DNA of 63,172 nucleotides, filler included, from Octopus bimaculoides (Eukaryota): the NCBI RefSeq assembly GCF_001194135.2. It is 5 parts of 4 records of this genome, joined end to end, with 100 filler letters (N's around TTAATTAATTAA, not from the genome) between each part and the next. Parts side by side here need not be neighbours in the genome. Positions count along the whole stretch, not along the records: positions 31,616 to 40,194 come from NC_068983.1; positions 40,295 to 61,698 come from NC_069001.1; 3 more parts are not named here. One strand, 5' to 3'. A program made the position numbers and the translations under genes. The first letter of the stretch is position 1; every line of letters begins with the position of its first letter. A model generated the notes under the pieces. The model was not told the origin of the DNA. It did no database searches and saw only the letters and a list, made by a program, of their open reading frames with translations. Below are positions 38,440 to 52,200 of the stretch, piece by piece.

Positions 38440-39995
38440 GCATAAGGCCTGAAATTTGGTGAGGAGGGGTTAAGTCCATTACATCGACCTCAGTAATCAA
38501 CTGGTTCTTAATTTATCGACCCCGAAAGGATGAAAGGCAAAATCGACCTCGGTGGAAGTTGAACTGAGAACGTAGCGACGAGTGAAATACTGTTAAGTAT
38601 TTCGTCCCGTGTGCTAATGATTCTGCCAGCTCGCTACCTTCGTCATTCTATAATCGATCTGCGAATCCTTATGACGTAGCTCCTTTGCTAAACATTGCAT
38701 TAAAGTTCAATTTACAAACGCGGTACAGTATGATCGCGATAAATTCTTTTCTACTTTAGACACAAGGCCCGAAATTTTGGGGGAGGGGGGAGGGGGCTAG
38801 TCGATTAGATCTACTCCAGTACGCAACTGGTACTTTATTCATCGACCTCGAAAGGATGAAAGGCAAAGTCTACCCCGGCGGAATTTGAACTCAGAACGTA
38901 AANNNNNNNNNNNNNNNNNNNNNNNNNNNNNNNNNNNNNNNNNNNNNNNNNNNNNNNNNNNNNNNNNNNNNNNNNNNNNNNNNNNNNNNNNNNNNNNNNN
39001 NNNNNNNNNNNNNNNNNNNNNNNNNNNNNNNNNNNNNNNNNNNNNNNNNNNNNNNNNNNNNNNNNNNNNNNNNNNNNNNNNNNNNNNNNNNNNNNNNNNN
39101 NNNNNNNNNNNNNNNNNNNNNNNNNNNNNNNNNNNNNNNNNNNNNNNNNNNNNNNNNNNNNNNNNNNNNNNNNNNNNNNNNNNNNNNNNNNNNNNNNNNN
39201 NNNNNNNNNNNNNNGGGGGGGGATGTAAGTCGATTACATCGACTCCGGTGAAATACTGGTACTTAATTTCTCGTCCCTGAAAGGATGAAAGGCAAAGTCT
39301 ACCCCGGCGGAATTTGAACTCAGAACGTAAAGACGGTCGAAATATAGTTAAGCATTGTGTCTGGTAAGCTAACGATTCTGCCAGCTCGCTGCATTAATTA
39401 AATACTAATATTACAAGTTATATAAAGCGACCAGCTGGCAGAAGCGTTAGTAGGCCGGGCAAAATGCTTCGTGGCATTTGGTCCGTCTTTGCGTTCTGGG
39501 TTCAAATTTCCCCGAGGTTGACTTTGCCCTTCGTCATATCAGATTCGATAAACTAAGTATCAGTTGAGTACTGGGTTCAGGTTGATATAATCGACTTATC
39601 CCCTCCCCTGAAACTGTTGGCTAGGTGCTAAAATTTGAAACCAATATTACAATATTGTTATAATAGTGAGTTCAGGACGTCAGATTGAACACGTAGTGTA
39701 AGAATAATTTGGGCTTTTACAAGCGGATGCTGACCAGCCATGGCTATGTTGGAATTTCATAACCAATTATATCTATCAATTGACTCACTGACAGTTGGTA
39801 GATATACTTAACGAAGACTCACCGACAGCGGGAGTGGTATGTGGCAGTTATCGGTAGCATGAGACAAAATACGTTGTAACATTTGTTAGGTCCCTTTACT
39901 TTCATTCTTTCGGGGTCGATAAAATAACTACCAGTTGAGCAGTGGGATCGATGTAATCGACTTACCGTTCCCCAAAATTCCTAGCCCTGTGCCGA
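38440..39995. mobile_element. Cluster of family B SINEs: 38440-38640 (-), 38745-38902 (-), 39215-39392 (-), 39427-39650 (+), 39895-39995 (+)
   Basis: Repeated GAAAGGATGAAAGGCAAAGTC and GAACTCAGAACGTA motifs. Confidence 0.8.
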
Positions 39996-40009
39996 AATTA
40001 TTATTATTA

Positions 40010-40194
40010 TTATTGTTCAGTAGTTTTATTTTTATAACGTGCTTTCACTTCACTACCGATCGCAGCTCTGTGTGCCGTGTATGTGCTGTGGTTTGCTGTG
40101 ATGCTCTTATGGTTACTGTATTGAAAGTATTTTGCGTAGGATGTGTGCAGTGCCCAGTAGTGCAAGCGCAATGGCCCATTGGTTAGGGCAGCGG
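40010..40194 (+). mobile_element. SINE family C head with 5' flank, running into a gap
   Basis: GCGCAATGGCCCATTGGTTAGGGCAGCGG. Confidence 0.55.
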
Positions 40195-40294
40195 NNNNNN
40201 NNNNNNNNNNNNNNNNNNNNNNNNNNNNNNNNNNNNNNTTAATTAATTAANNNNNNNNNNNNNNNNNNNNNNNNNNNNNNNNNNNNNNNNNNNN

Positions 40295-40342
<48 letters not shown>

Positions 40343-40631
40343 GCATAAAGATACATATACACAGATATACAAACACATATACATATATACATGTGTATGT
40401 AGATACGTATTAATGCATTTATGCATAAATGCACGCATTTTTACAGAGCTGTCTATATATAATATGTGTGTGTAAGTAAATAATAATCTGAAGGCCCATA
40501 TCTCACATTTTCAGTAGATGTCTGATGTTTATTACTTGATAGAGAGAAGGAATAATGTGGGAAAACAGATATTTTGTGAGATAGTTTAAATGTATTATTG
40601 TATTTTTGCTTGTTACATCCTTTTGGCTTAC

Positions 40632-40672
40632 CGATATACGAGGCTCCACTACTGCATATTTTACATGTATGT
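40632..40672 (-). CDS. Candidate 41-nt exon, HTCKICSSGASYI (phase 2 to 1)
   Basis: Acceptor TTTATATTTCATTTCTAG and donor G|GTAAGC; open frame. Confidence 0.25.
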
Positions 40673-40948
40673 CTAGAAATGAAATATAAAATATATATCG
40701 TGTTTAAAGTACCTACGAATAAATATCGATTTAAACGTCATTTTTTTTTGCAATGGAGAAAAATTCAGAGGAACTATATTTCAAAAATCCTTCAGCTATT
40801 ACTTGTTTTGCATATACGCTTTGTTCCTATCTGCATCAAATAAATGACAGAAAAGAAACCATTTTTAGGGCAGTTTTCATCTTCCAAATGAATAAAGTAG
40901 AAGGACCTGTACATATTCTCACATACTTACTTGTATTCAAGCTTTTAC

Positions 40949-41004
40949 CCTTCACAATGTATATTCGATATATAAAGAATAAGCAACAAAAACTTGATAG
41001 TCAT
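40949..41004 (-). CDS. Candidate signal-peptide exon, MTIKFLLLILYISNIHCE(G)
   Basis: n/h/c-region pattern; weak donor GG|GTAAAA in phase 2, compatible with the 40672 exon. Confidence 0.2.
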
Positions 41005-41264
41005 TAAAAAAAATCCCAGTTGTATGTTTGTAGTGGTATCCATGACAGTCTCTTAAAAATTAATGTTTCTCGTTTTCGCTTCACTTTATTCGCCTGCCAA
41101 TAATACGGAAATGTTATACAACCACCAGAAATATATGTGTAAAATTTTTGCTCCAAATCGTGCCACTTGACTCTACAAATATGAATAAAACGTTCATATA
41201 TGGACAAATTTCTCCTTCCCATTATTAGCCGTCCAAATATTCAATACTTTTTCTCACATACTCT

Positions 41265-41323
<59 letters not shown>

Positions 41324-41367
41324 NNNNNNNNNNNNNNNNNNNNNNNNNNNNNNNNNNNNNNNNNNNN

Positions 41368-41438
<71 letters not shown>

Positions 41439-41738
41439 TCATCCTTCGTCCTTTCTCTGGCTATGACTCCTTTTTTATCGGCTTATCTTTCTGCTGAAGG
41501 ATTAAGGTCCAAAATCTCAAATGAAGCGTTAGACCTGTACCGGAAATGTCATGTTTTGTTTCTTGCCTTTCTAATATATGCTGGAACACATTGTTGGAAA
41601 ATGATACGATAAAGTGAGAAATAACCCAGAACAGCGTTAAATGTTTTTAAGCTAAAACAGGTCTTGTACTCAGTATGAATGTCTGTGTCTCTATCTTTGC
41701 ACACGCATATACACTTACATCCAGAAACACGCATGTAT

Positions 41739-41784
<46 letters not shown>

Positions 41785-43521
41785 ACATACACACATATAT
41801 ATATATGCATGCATAAATACACACACACAAATACACACACAAATACTAATACGTACAAATAGTCATGTGGGATGTGTTGCAATATTTATAGCTTCAGAAG
41901 TGTGTGTGTGTACCTATATATATATATATATTTTTTTTTTTTTGGAAAGCGAGAAATACTAGATATAAATATATGAAGTATATATAAATCTTCCCTCTAT
42001 GTGTTGCTTTTTATTTTTTCTAGAAATATATTCTTGTCTGCGTAACTGATAATTAATCATATATACAATATCTTTCTCACTAGAAAGTTCACTTAACTCA
42101 GAAGAAAGCTTGTGTTTGGGTTTGTCTTCTGTGAGTCTGCTTTCTGCATAATTTCTTTTTTGTAAATATATTCTTTTAAAGCACTACATCTTATACTGAC
42201 AGACCTCCTCTAAAAAGAAATATATTCGATTTATTGCTGTCATCTCACGTCACGCGTACTACATACAATACATATTCAGTATATGAGATAAACTGGCATT
42301 CACCTGTTGAGTATAGTATCACATGTGACAATTTTCGGTGGTACATAAAATACAGATGTTGAGTGTTGAAACGTTTTACGTGATGGTAGCCGGTTATATT
42401 TTGGTCAGAGTATGTCATCTTTGGCTTAATATTGTCGCTGAAGATGTAGTATACGGATGAGATATATGGAATGTGCCCAATACAGTTTTACGAATCCCCG
42501 TCCATCAAATTAGAGAAGCCAGATTTTTTAATCAGATTCGACGGTTGAATAATCTAGTTGAGAAATGACTTGAGATTGAGTGCAAAATGCATATCCTTCT
42601 CTTCGGTGTTCAATTTTCTGCAGAAATGACGAATAGTTACTCCAGGCTGCATGCGAAAGAGGGGTAAATTAATATGACTCTGTTACACAACTTCATTTAC
42701 ATGCAAGACTACGTCTCAAAATAGAGCTTAATCTGTTCACCGTGTATATGTATATTCCCTTCAAAATCGCAGTCAAACGCTAAATCAACATAAAACATTA
42801 GTGATTTTTATGAATGCTAGTACATGAATACATTTCACTGGAACCATGTTAGGTTCCCTTAAAATGCATTTAGATGTAGATAGACCACTTTTAAAAATCA
42901 TTAAAAGTAGTATAACTCTCTACAAATAAAAGAGGAATATAAAGTAAATATATTAACCAATAAAATTTCCCCTAAAATATAATATTCAATACATTTTCAG
43001 ATCTTATTCATTCTTTTCCTCTCTCACTTTCACATCGTCCTTTGTATCTGTCTCTCGATATTTCTGCGGCTCTCTGCCTTCCTTTGTTTTTCGCTTTCCC
43101 CTTAACCATATCTTCCTTTCTCTGCCTGTCTGCCCGCCTGGCTCTCAGAGTCTGTATGCCCCTTTCATTTTCGCCTTCTTCCTCTCCTCCACCTTTTGCT
43201 CTCTCTCTCATCGTTTCTCTCTTCCCTTCTTTATTATAAACTTCTGATTTTTATATTCCCTAACTTTAACATAGCGGCTACAAAGGAAACTATTGAAAAC
43301 ATACTGATTCATCTGTTGCTTGTCCGATTTGAAACACTCGTTCTTAAGAGCCATTAAATAAAGATAAAATGAGTGTTGGGTAGAGAAAAATTACGGAAAC
43401 ATCAATGAAAATATTTTGCCTATATGTTGCGGCATTATGAAATCACAACGCGCCACTATCTCTACGTCTCACACTCCCTGCACATATACATATATATAGT
43501 GTGCATATAGAGAGAAATTGA

Positions 43522-43646
<125 letters not shown>

Positions 43647-43953
43647 AGAGAGAGACACAGAAAGAGAGAGAGACACAGAAAGAGAGAGAGACACAGAGAG
43701 AGAGAGAGAGATGTGTATATATATATATGTATATATATATTTATATATATATGCTTGTGTGTGCGTGTGTGTACATGTATGTAAAAAGTATATACACATA
43801 TTTATAAAATATATATACAAATATATACATATATATACGTAGATTTATATATATTTATATAGTTATACGTGTTTATATAAATATGTATACATGTGTATAT
43901 ATATATATATACATATACATTTGTATATATATATATATATATACATATCCATT

Positions 43954-43989
<36 letters not shown>

Positions 43990-44009
43990 CGTGTATATGT
44001 ATTTATGTG

Positions 44010-44040
<31 letters not shown>

Positions 44041-44628
44041 ATGTATTTATGTATGCGTGTGTTTGTGTGCGTATACAAATATGTTTGTGTGTACGTGTCT
44101 CTCTGTATATATGTGAATTTGTGTCTGTGTGTGTGTGTATATATACATGTGTGTCAGTGAGTATGTTTCTATGCGTATATTTGTGTGCGTGCTTACATAG
44201 AACTGAAATGTGGACTATAAAGGGAAATTGATAGATTTTAGCTGTTCACAAGCGAAAGCCTTTACTAATTATATTTTGAAAAGTTAGATATCGTTATTTA
44301 ATATGTATGTATATGAATGAATGTAATGGATAAAATAGCAATGATAGCTATCGCAGCCTACTTTTACATTATAAACATATCAACACAATTCAGTAGACGC
44401 CATTTCTGTTCAAACGAAATAATCGTTTGAACAATTTATACACAGAATTTATTCATTTATTTATTTACATAGTGATGATGGGGTTGGTGCTGGGGATGGT
44501 GGGGGTGGTAGTTTTGGGTGGTTGTGGGAGTGGTGTTAGTAGTGGTAGTGGTAGTGGTGCTGATGGTGTTGTTGAAGGTGATATTGATGGTTACAATGTT
44601 GCTTTCCCTACTTTATTTTAATTGTTTG

Positions 44629-44677
<49 letters not shown>

Positions 44678-44710
44678 GGGTGTGGTTGTAGGTTCGTGTA
44701 TAAGTATATA

Positions 44711-44741
<31 letters not shown>

Positions 44742-45509
44742 ATTAATTTATCGATGTATGTATGTACGTGTATAATTTTGTATGTTTTTTTTTTATAGTT
44801 CCTGTAACAATTGTTTTGAGATTATTTTATTATTTTTTGTAATATTTATATTTTCAATTCTGCTGTATATTTCTATGGTTACCATGATTCTCTATTGCAG
44901 AGAAAATAGAAAGTGTGAGGGCTATTGTTTTTCTAAATGTCTTCTTGTTGAGAATATTGTTTAACCCAAGGCTAGGCCTGAATGTGTATCTCTGCATTCA
45001 AAATTATTCCATTTATCACGAATTGTCATTATCGCAAATGTCCATTCCTTAAACCTTCGTACCGGCCTATTTTAATCTCCTTTATCTTTAATCTAATACC
45101 TCTTTCAGCCATGCTGAAGCGCATCCTTAACGGGTTTATTCGAGCACACTGACCCCAGTTCTTATTCAAATAAGTTTTTTTTTAATTTTCCTGTAACCAT
45201 TCAATCGGTCTCTTTGCTGAACATCTAACAGATAGGGACGAAAAGAAACCAGCACCGGCTGTCATGAAGTGGGAACACAAACACAGAAGCAGTTACACAA
45301 ACACACCGACAAACACATGCACAACACAACGCACAAACATACGCACGCACACACACACACACGTGACGAGCATCCATATCGTTTCCGTTGTCCAAATTCA
45401 TTGTTACAGCATTGATCATCGTGCCGTGCGTAGTAACAGATAATTATCTAATTTGCCGGTAATTGCAAAGTCAGATTCTTTTCTCTACAGCCACGTATGA
45501 TATTCATTG

Positions 45510-45895
45510 AGTTGGCGGTGAGCTAGCAAAACTGTTAGCAGGCCGGACCAAATGCTGGGCGACATTTCGTCCGTCTTTACGTTCTGAGTTCACGTTCTGC
45601 TCAGGTTCTGTGTAATCGACATATCCCTTCCCCGAAATTGCTGGCCGTATGCCAAAATTTTAAATCAATATATCTTGTATTGAAGGCGTCGATTTGGCAA
45701 AATCGTTAGCACGATGACCAAAATACTTCATTTCTTCTTTATTTATGTTCTGAGTTCAAATTCAGCAGAGATTGACTTTGCCTTTCAACCTGCCGGAGTC
45801 GATAAAATAAGTACCAGTGTAGCTCTGCCGTAAAGGTAATCGACTTAAACACTCAACATAACTTGCTGGCCTAGTGCCAAAATTTGCAGTGAATA
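45510..45895 (+). mobile_element. Two tandem diverged family B SINEs (45510-45665 and 45680-45895)
   Basis: Family B motifs. Confidence 0.7.
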
Positions 45896-46410
45896 TTTTG
45901 TCTATTCTTTAGAGAGGAATTTTTTCATTCTATCAGATGTTTGTTCTTCCATATTAACGGCATGAGAGATATTAACATAAGTATACATTTACTTATATTT
46001 ATTATACGCCGTATGTACGTATTTAATGTATTCCATATACAGATACAAAGTCACATTTTTCTTATACCAATCCATATTCGATCACTTAAATCCACATTTC
46101 TGTGCTTCATCTTCAGTTACAAATGATGTATTTCTGCCTTACCCTGCTGCACTTTAATATACGTCAACTTCCACTATTCTAATCTTCACACAACTATCTT
46201 CTTAGGCGTCATTTTATATCTAACAAGCAGATAACCATTCCATTAATCGCTACTCAACGTTCTCCAAATCAACTAATATCTACACAACAGTCTATTCCTT
46301 AACATTCACCTCTCATCTTCAGTTAATCCACCGCCATTGAATTAAATTTGCTGCAAAGCGATGTATTTAAAATTGTATTACCTTCTAAGACAATTATTCA
46401 AAAGGCTGGT

Positions 46411-46786
46411 TCAGTCTGTTAAAATATTGGTTTGAAATTTTGGTACAAGGCCAAGGAATTCGAGGGAGCTAGTAAGTGTATTACATCGACTCTGGGGATT
46501 AGAGGTGTCCGTTGTAGCAGTTGACGGTGAAGCTGTGGCGGTGTTGGTGTTTTCATTCTTTAATGTCGAAGCTTTTGCGACGATATCGCTGTTGTTGCTG
46601 GTGGTGGTCGTGGCGGCGGTGTTAGCGTTCATGCTCACACCTGCACCTATTTGTGTGATACTTCTCCCCTTCTTCGCTCCTTGATGAAGCTGTGGTGAAG
46701 GAAGTGTAAGGAAATCAACGTCAAACGAGTTGCCACGAAGACCGGCGTTCGTTCTGAGATCGTCTGCTCGGCTTGAAGACGCCATC
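46411..46786 (-). CDS. Candidate coding exon of an unidentified gene (MASSSRADDLRTNAGLRGNSFDVDFLTLPSP.., Thr/Asn/Ser-rich)
   Basis: Strong acceptor TTTTTTTTTAG|GATGGCG at 46787; GC-richer, stop-free frame of ~124 codons; the true donor is not identified. Confidence 0.5.
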
Positions 46787-48669
46787 CTAAAAAAAAATAT
46801 GGCTAAGAAAGCTGAAAACAATTTTACAAAATAAGGAAATTCGCCACACAGGGCAGATTCCCCGTGTAAGCAAATTGCACACCGAATGTATCAGTTGTTG
46901 CACAACTTTTACATAAAAAATATTATACAATACACAACTTTTGAAGGCAATAAAAAGCAAACTTACTACGAGCCAACGTCCATAATAGATAGATAGATAG
47001 AGTTGATGATTTTATAGAAACACTTTATAAAATATATAATGATCAAAAGAAAGGACACATTTTTGTTGTCGCATAAATGACTGTCTTGAAAGATTGAGCA
47101 CCACCTGGTGGTTGTATTGTGCATTGCTCAACAGACAATTACATAAGTTTATTTCTAATATTTCACGCGCATACAAGCACAAACTTTTACACACATGCGA
47201 ACATAAATATGTTTGTGTGTTAGAGTGTATATACACAAATGTATGATACATTTACAGTTATACTTTCGTTATAATTTATGGACATATATTAGAGTCACGC
47301 TCAGAAAACATTACTCTAAAAGTGCCTTGATGAATTGAACGGTCAAATATATATATGTATGTTTGGTGATTGATTTGAGATAAAAAAAATGCAGTCTTTT
47401 CTTCACTCTATCGAAAAAAAATATAAGAAAAATATGTTCCCAACTGAATATGCAAATGTATGTATATTTAGGGCTGGTGAGGCGTGTACACTCACGCAAT
47501 GATATATACGCATAGATACACACAGGACCACACACATCGCACTCACACACATACAGACACATGTGTACGCGTGTGTCTGCGAAATCGAACACATATACAA
47601 AGGAATATAAATTGTTTTATTGATGGGAATCTTCAAAGTGTTACTGTCTTGAGGAAGGAAAAAAGAACAGAATAATATTCATTTATCTAATTCCTTTCAA
47701 CAAATGATAAGGTCGAAGAAATTTCCACAAAAGGGAAAAAGATTAGTTCTTTTTTATCGCTGTCAAAGAAAGTGTAGCAACTATTATTATTGTTGTTGTT
47801 ATTATTATTAGTATTATTATTATCATTTTTCCATCATCATCATCTAGCATAATCATCATTATAATCATAATCGCTATTGTTGGTGGTCTTGTTTTATTGC
47901 CGTTGTTGTTAGATTTGTTTTCCTCTTTTTTATTATTATTGAATATTGCCATGAGCAGATGTGTCTTCGCCTCACTCGGAGAAATTTTTGTTTACATATT
48001 TGTGTTAATGGTATATGTGTTTTTCTATCACAGATGAAGGAAAAGTAATGCTTTTTGTATAATGTTCACTAGAGAACTTCCTGTAACGTGTTGGTTATCT
48101 CTCCACCACGAAGAGAGCGACATCCGATGTTTTCGTTTTTGACATAGTTTCGTCTTCTATATTCGTTCACATCCGTTTCAATATGGTTTTTCGTTCGAAA
48201 ATGACCTCGTTAGGAAGAAAGTGTGCAAATGAACGTAATTAGACAAAGAATTAAATTTTATTTCAACTTGTAGAGAATAACAATGAAATTTTAGCAATAA
48301 AATGACATCAGTTTGGACAATTTCAACGACACTTTTAACGCTACATTCCATCTAACGCATTTTAACAATAGATTCCATCCACTGCATCTTTTTCACTAGT
48401 TTGATACTTCTGGCGATAATACTAACCAAAGAAAATACGCCTTTGCTTAAAACATCGGTATTATCACAATCTGGTAGAATATATAGAGTATTTGTCCTCT
48501 CCCTTGAGGTTCATGCTCAAATATTTTCAAAGTTAACATTGCTTTCATTCTTGTGCAATGCGTGTTCATATGCCGCTTTCTGGTTCCTATTCAAAACTGT
48601 TGATATATCACTGCCATCAAACGAACATGTGTTCGTGAAGAGCGCTTCGCGTTCCGATGTTTGTGAATA

Positions 48670-49230
48670 AACAGCCGTCGATGTAATCGACTAGCCCGCT
48701 TTTCACCCAAAAATTTCAAGGCTTTGTGCCTAGATTAGAAATAATAATAATCTTGATAATAATAATAATAATTATTATTATTATTAACTTGACGAGCTGG
48801 AAGAATCGTTAGCACGCCAGGCAAATTGTTTAGCGTTATTTCGTCCGTCTTTACGATCTGAGTTCAAATCCGCCGAGGTCGACTTTGCCTTTCATCCTTT
48901 CGGTTTCGATAAATTAAATACCAGTGAAACACTGGGGTCGATGTAATCGACTACCCACCTCCCGCACTATTTCGGGATTTCTGGCTATAGTAGAAAGGAT
49001 TATTATTTATATTAGTAGTAGTAGTAGTAGTAGTAGTAAAGGCGGTGGGCTGAAAGCATTGTTAGCACGAGGGACAAATTAAATAGCTGCATTCCTCCTG
49101 GTTTTTACGTTCTGATTTCAAATGTCACCGAGATCGAACTTTCATCATTTTGGGGTCGATAAAGTAAGAACTGGAGTGAATGAAACCAAATTCCTCGCTC
49201 CTGAAAATTGCTGGGATTGTGCCAGAATAG
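48670..49230 (+). mobile_element. Family B SINE cluster (48670-48740, 48790-49000, 49040-49230)
   Basis: Family B motifs. Confidence 0.75.
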
Positions 49231-52200
49231 GAAATGATTATTATTTTCATCTTCATCATCAGCAGCAGCATCGTTGTGGCCGTCTTCTGCTGTTGTTGTT
49301 CTTGTTATGGGTAATAACATTTCATTATACTTTTTTGTATACCTTAGAAATTCTTCGTGAGAAGAAACATTATTCATAAATTTGTGTACACATACATGAA
49401 TAAATGTCAGATTTGCTCTCAAGAATAATTATTTGTGGAACATAATAAAAAANNNNNNNNNNNNNNNNNNNNNNNNNNNNNNNNNNNNNNNNNNNNNNNN
49501 NNNNNNNNNNNNNNNNNNNNNNNNNNNNNNNNNNNNNNNNNNNNNNNNNNNNNNNNNNNNNNNNNNNNNNNNNNNNNNNNNNNNNNNNNNNNNNNNNNNN
49601 NNNNNNNNNNNNNNNNNNNNNNNNNNNNNNNNNNNNNNNNNNNNNNNNNNNNNNNNNNNNNNNNNNNNNNNNNNNNNNNNNNNNNNNNNNNNNNNNNNNN
49701 NNNNNNNNNNNNNNNNNNNNNNNNNNNNNNNNNNNNNNNNNNNNNNNNNNNNNNNNNNNNNNNNNNNNNNNNNNNNNNNNNNNNNNNNNNNNNNNNNNNN
49801 NNNNNNNNNNNNNNNNNNNNNNNNNNNNNNNNNNNNNNNNNNNNNNNNNNNNNNNNNNNNNNNNNNNNNNNNNNNNNNNNNNNNNNNNNNNNNNNNNNNN
49901 NNNNNNNNNNNNNNNNNNNNNNNNNNNNNNNNNNNNNNNNNNNNNNNNNNNNNNNNNNNNNNNNNNNNNNNNNNNNNNNNNNNNNNNNNNNNNNNNNNNN
50001 NNNNNNNNNNNNNNNNNNNNNNNNNNNNNNNNNNNNNNNNNNNNNNNNNNNNNNNNNNNNNNNNNNNNNNNNNNNNNNNNNNNNNNNNNNNNNNNNNNNN
50101 NNNNNNNNNNNNNNNNNNNNNNNNNNNNNNNNNNNNNNNNNNNNNNNNNNNNNNNNTGTTGTTGTTGTTGTTTTTTTTTGGGGGGGGGGGGCTGTACTAA
50201 GGTCAAAGTCCACTAACTTTCATTTTCCTTTTAGTCTCTTCGGATTTCGATTATTAAGAAACTGGTCGAAGCCATGTCTTCTTTCCTCTCTCTTTTCCCT
50301 TCTCTCCCTCTCATTTCCTCAGTAACTCTTCCTCTACCTCCCTCTTTGTCTCCCCCTCTGAATCCTTTCAACACTATATTAAACGAACCAAGGCAGAAGT
50401 CTTTACTACTATTTCAATCTTCTTTCATTGGCTCTTTATTGCTCCACTTAATTGTAAATGCACAATATAACAACACACGTCTCCTATTTGCCACTGAAAA
50501 TAAATGATAATTCCTGTGTTAAAAGTAGTTCCCTCGCTGGGCAAATTCGTTGCCTCCTATGGGATGCGATCCATTGTATTTCCCCAGGTAGTCTAACATT
50601 ACTTCCACAACCACAATTTACCAATAGGTTTATACGATAGCCTAATTATCAAGAATACGTAATTACAATGTAATTAATTTCATTCCTAAATTAGTGATAA
50701 GTGTAGTATTTAAAAAAAACGGTGAAACCGGTCGTTGCTTAATTGCGTAATTGTAATTAAACAACTAAATCAATAAATATCTTTTTAATGTCTCCTCATG
50801 GATATACGTTTGGAAGTATGTACTTCCTGAGTGCCACAGTTTATCTCTGAGTGCAGCTTTAACTTTGTTATATTTCAAATTAAGGTGCTGCGTTAGCAAT
50901 CAGAGTAATATATTTAAATAAGATTTTTGTAATTCTTTTAATGTTTAATACTTATAAACAGTTTATACCTGATGAAGCTTTAGCAAAAGACTAATTACTT
51001 AAGACAGGTGCATAGTCAATCGAAGTGCGATCACCTGTCATGCGTCTCCTTGGAAAGCAAATCAGCAATTCAAGTTCTATTCCTGTTTAAGCTATAACTT
51101 GTCACTTATTCTGACACAAATTTCGAATGATATTGACTACTATGAAAGTGGATACAGCCTGAACATATAGTGGTGAAGGTTCATGGTTCTTATCTTTGCA
51201 TTCATAGAAAAGTGATTTCATGTTTTAGATATAGACGAGAATTTGAAAATAATGGTATTCCAGATGTTTGATGCTGCATCTTTATGAAACAGGGAATTAC
51301 AGGCAATGCATTTATTAATTTTCAAACTGATGATGAGGAAAGTTATTAGAAATTCAATTGCAGTTTTGACAGTAACTTTTGTCCTTATATATTTGATACG
51401 ACAAAAACATTTCCTAGTGTATACATTCAAATTACTTACCGTCATGTTCTTTATGGAAAGAAAACATTTCAATTAGATTAATTCCTGATTCCCCACCAAG
51501 CTCAAATAATTTTCACAATACTTTACTGATACCACAGCTGTAAAAGAGCTGCTTCTGTTGTGATCATTTAGAAAATATCAATAGAAGAGTACAGTAAAAT
51601 AATTGGATTCATTTTTAAGAACCACAGTATTTTAGTGCTCGGTTTGCAACCGTTCGCTACAAGAAACCTGTGTGTGGAATCTGGAATTGCAAGAAATAGC
51701 AACCGAAACTTCTGCGTCCCCCGCAAAAATTGAAATGAGTAAAATCAAGAAGACATTCGGTAATATCTGAAGAAGATGAGATTATCAGAACGGGAACTGT
51801 GTTGGCCATAGCGTTGGGTCTTTAGGCTTTATTTGGGATTTGGCAGCAAGAAGGATAACAGTAGATGCAAATGATTTCATTTAATAAGTCCCATTTACGT
51901 GAAAACAGACATATATCATTACGTGTAAGGATGACGGGAGTTGGCTCAGTGTGTTTTTATGTAGTCACTGCAGCTGTAGAAAATAGAAGATATACATCCC
52001 TTGATTAATCATTTAAGGTCACGTAGTTCGAACAGATGGGATAATATGTATCCCCACTTAAGCGTGGATGTTCTCTTAAAACATTGTATGCTGCAGTGAT
52101 TACGATGAGAGGAACTATCATAGTGTATGGTAAATACTGCAGTATAGTCTGTTCCAACAGAACAGCCACGTTTACGTAGGGATAATTATTACCATTCCGT

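Noticed and set aside
40800-40906. In-frame exon GSFYFIHLEDENCPKNG after the signal-peptide exon
   Set aside because: It would need a 42-nt intron and has a weak acceptor.
43008-43280. Charged ORF on the - strand with an upstream acceptor
   Set aside because: Degenerate purine-rich (GA) sequence that is open because it lacks T.
46690-46740. SFDVD resemblance to the PDE4 long-form (C/S)FDVDNG motif
   Set aside because: The following residues do not match and no UCR1 RRESF motif is present; no gene symbol assigned.
50969-50995. CTGATGAAGC-TTTA-GCAAAA hammerhead-like motif
   Set aside because: GAAA is mutated and there is no stem I pairing.
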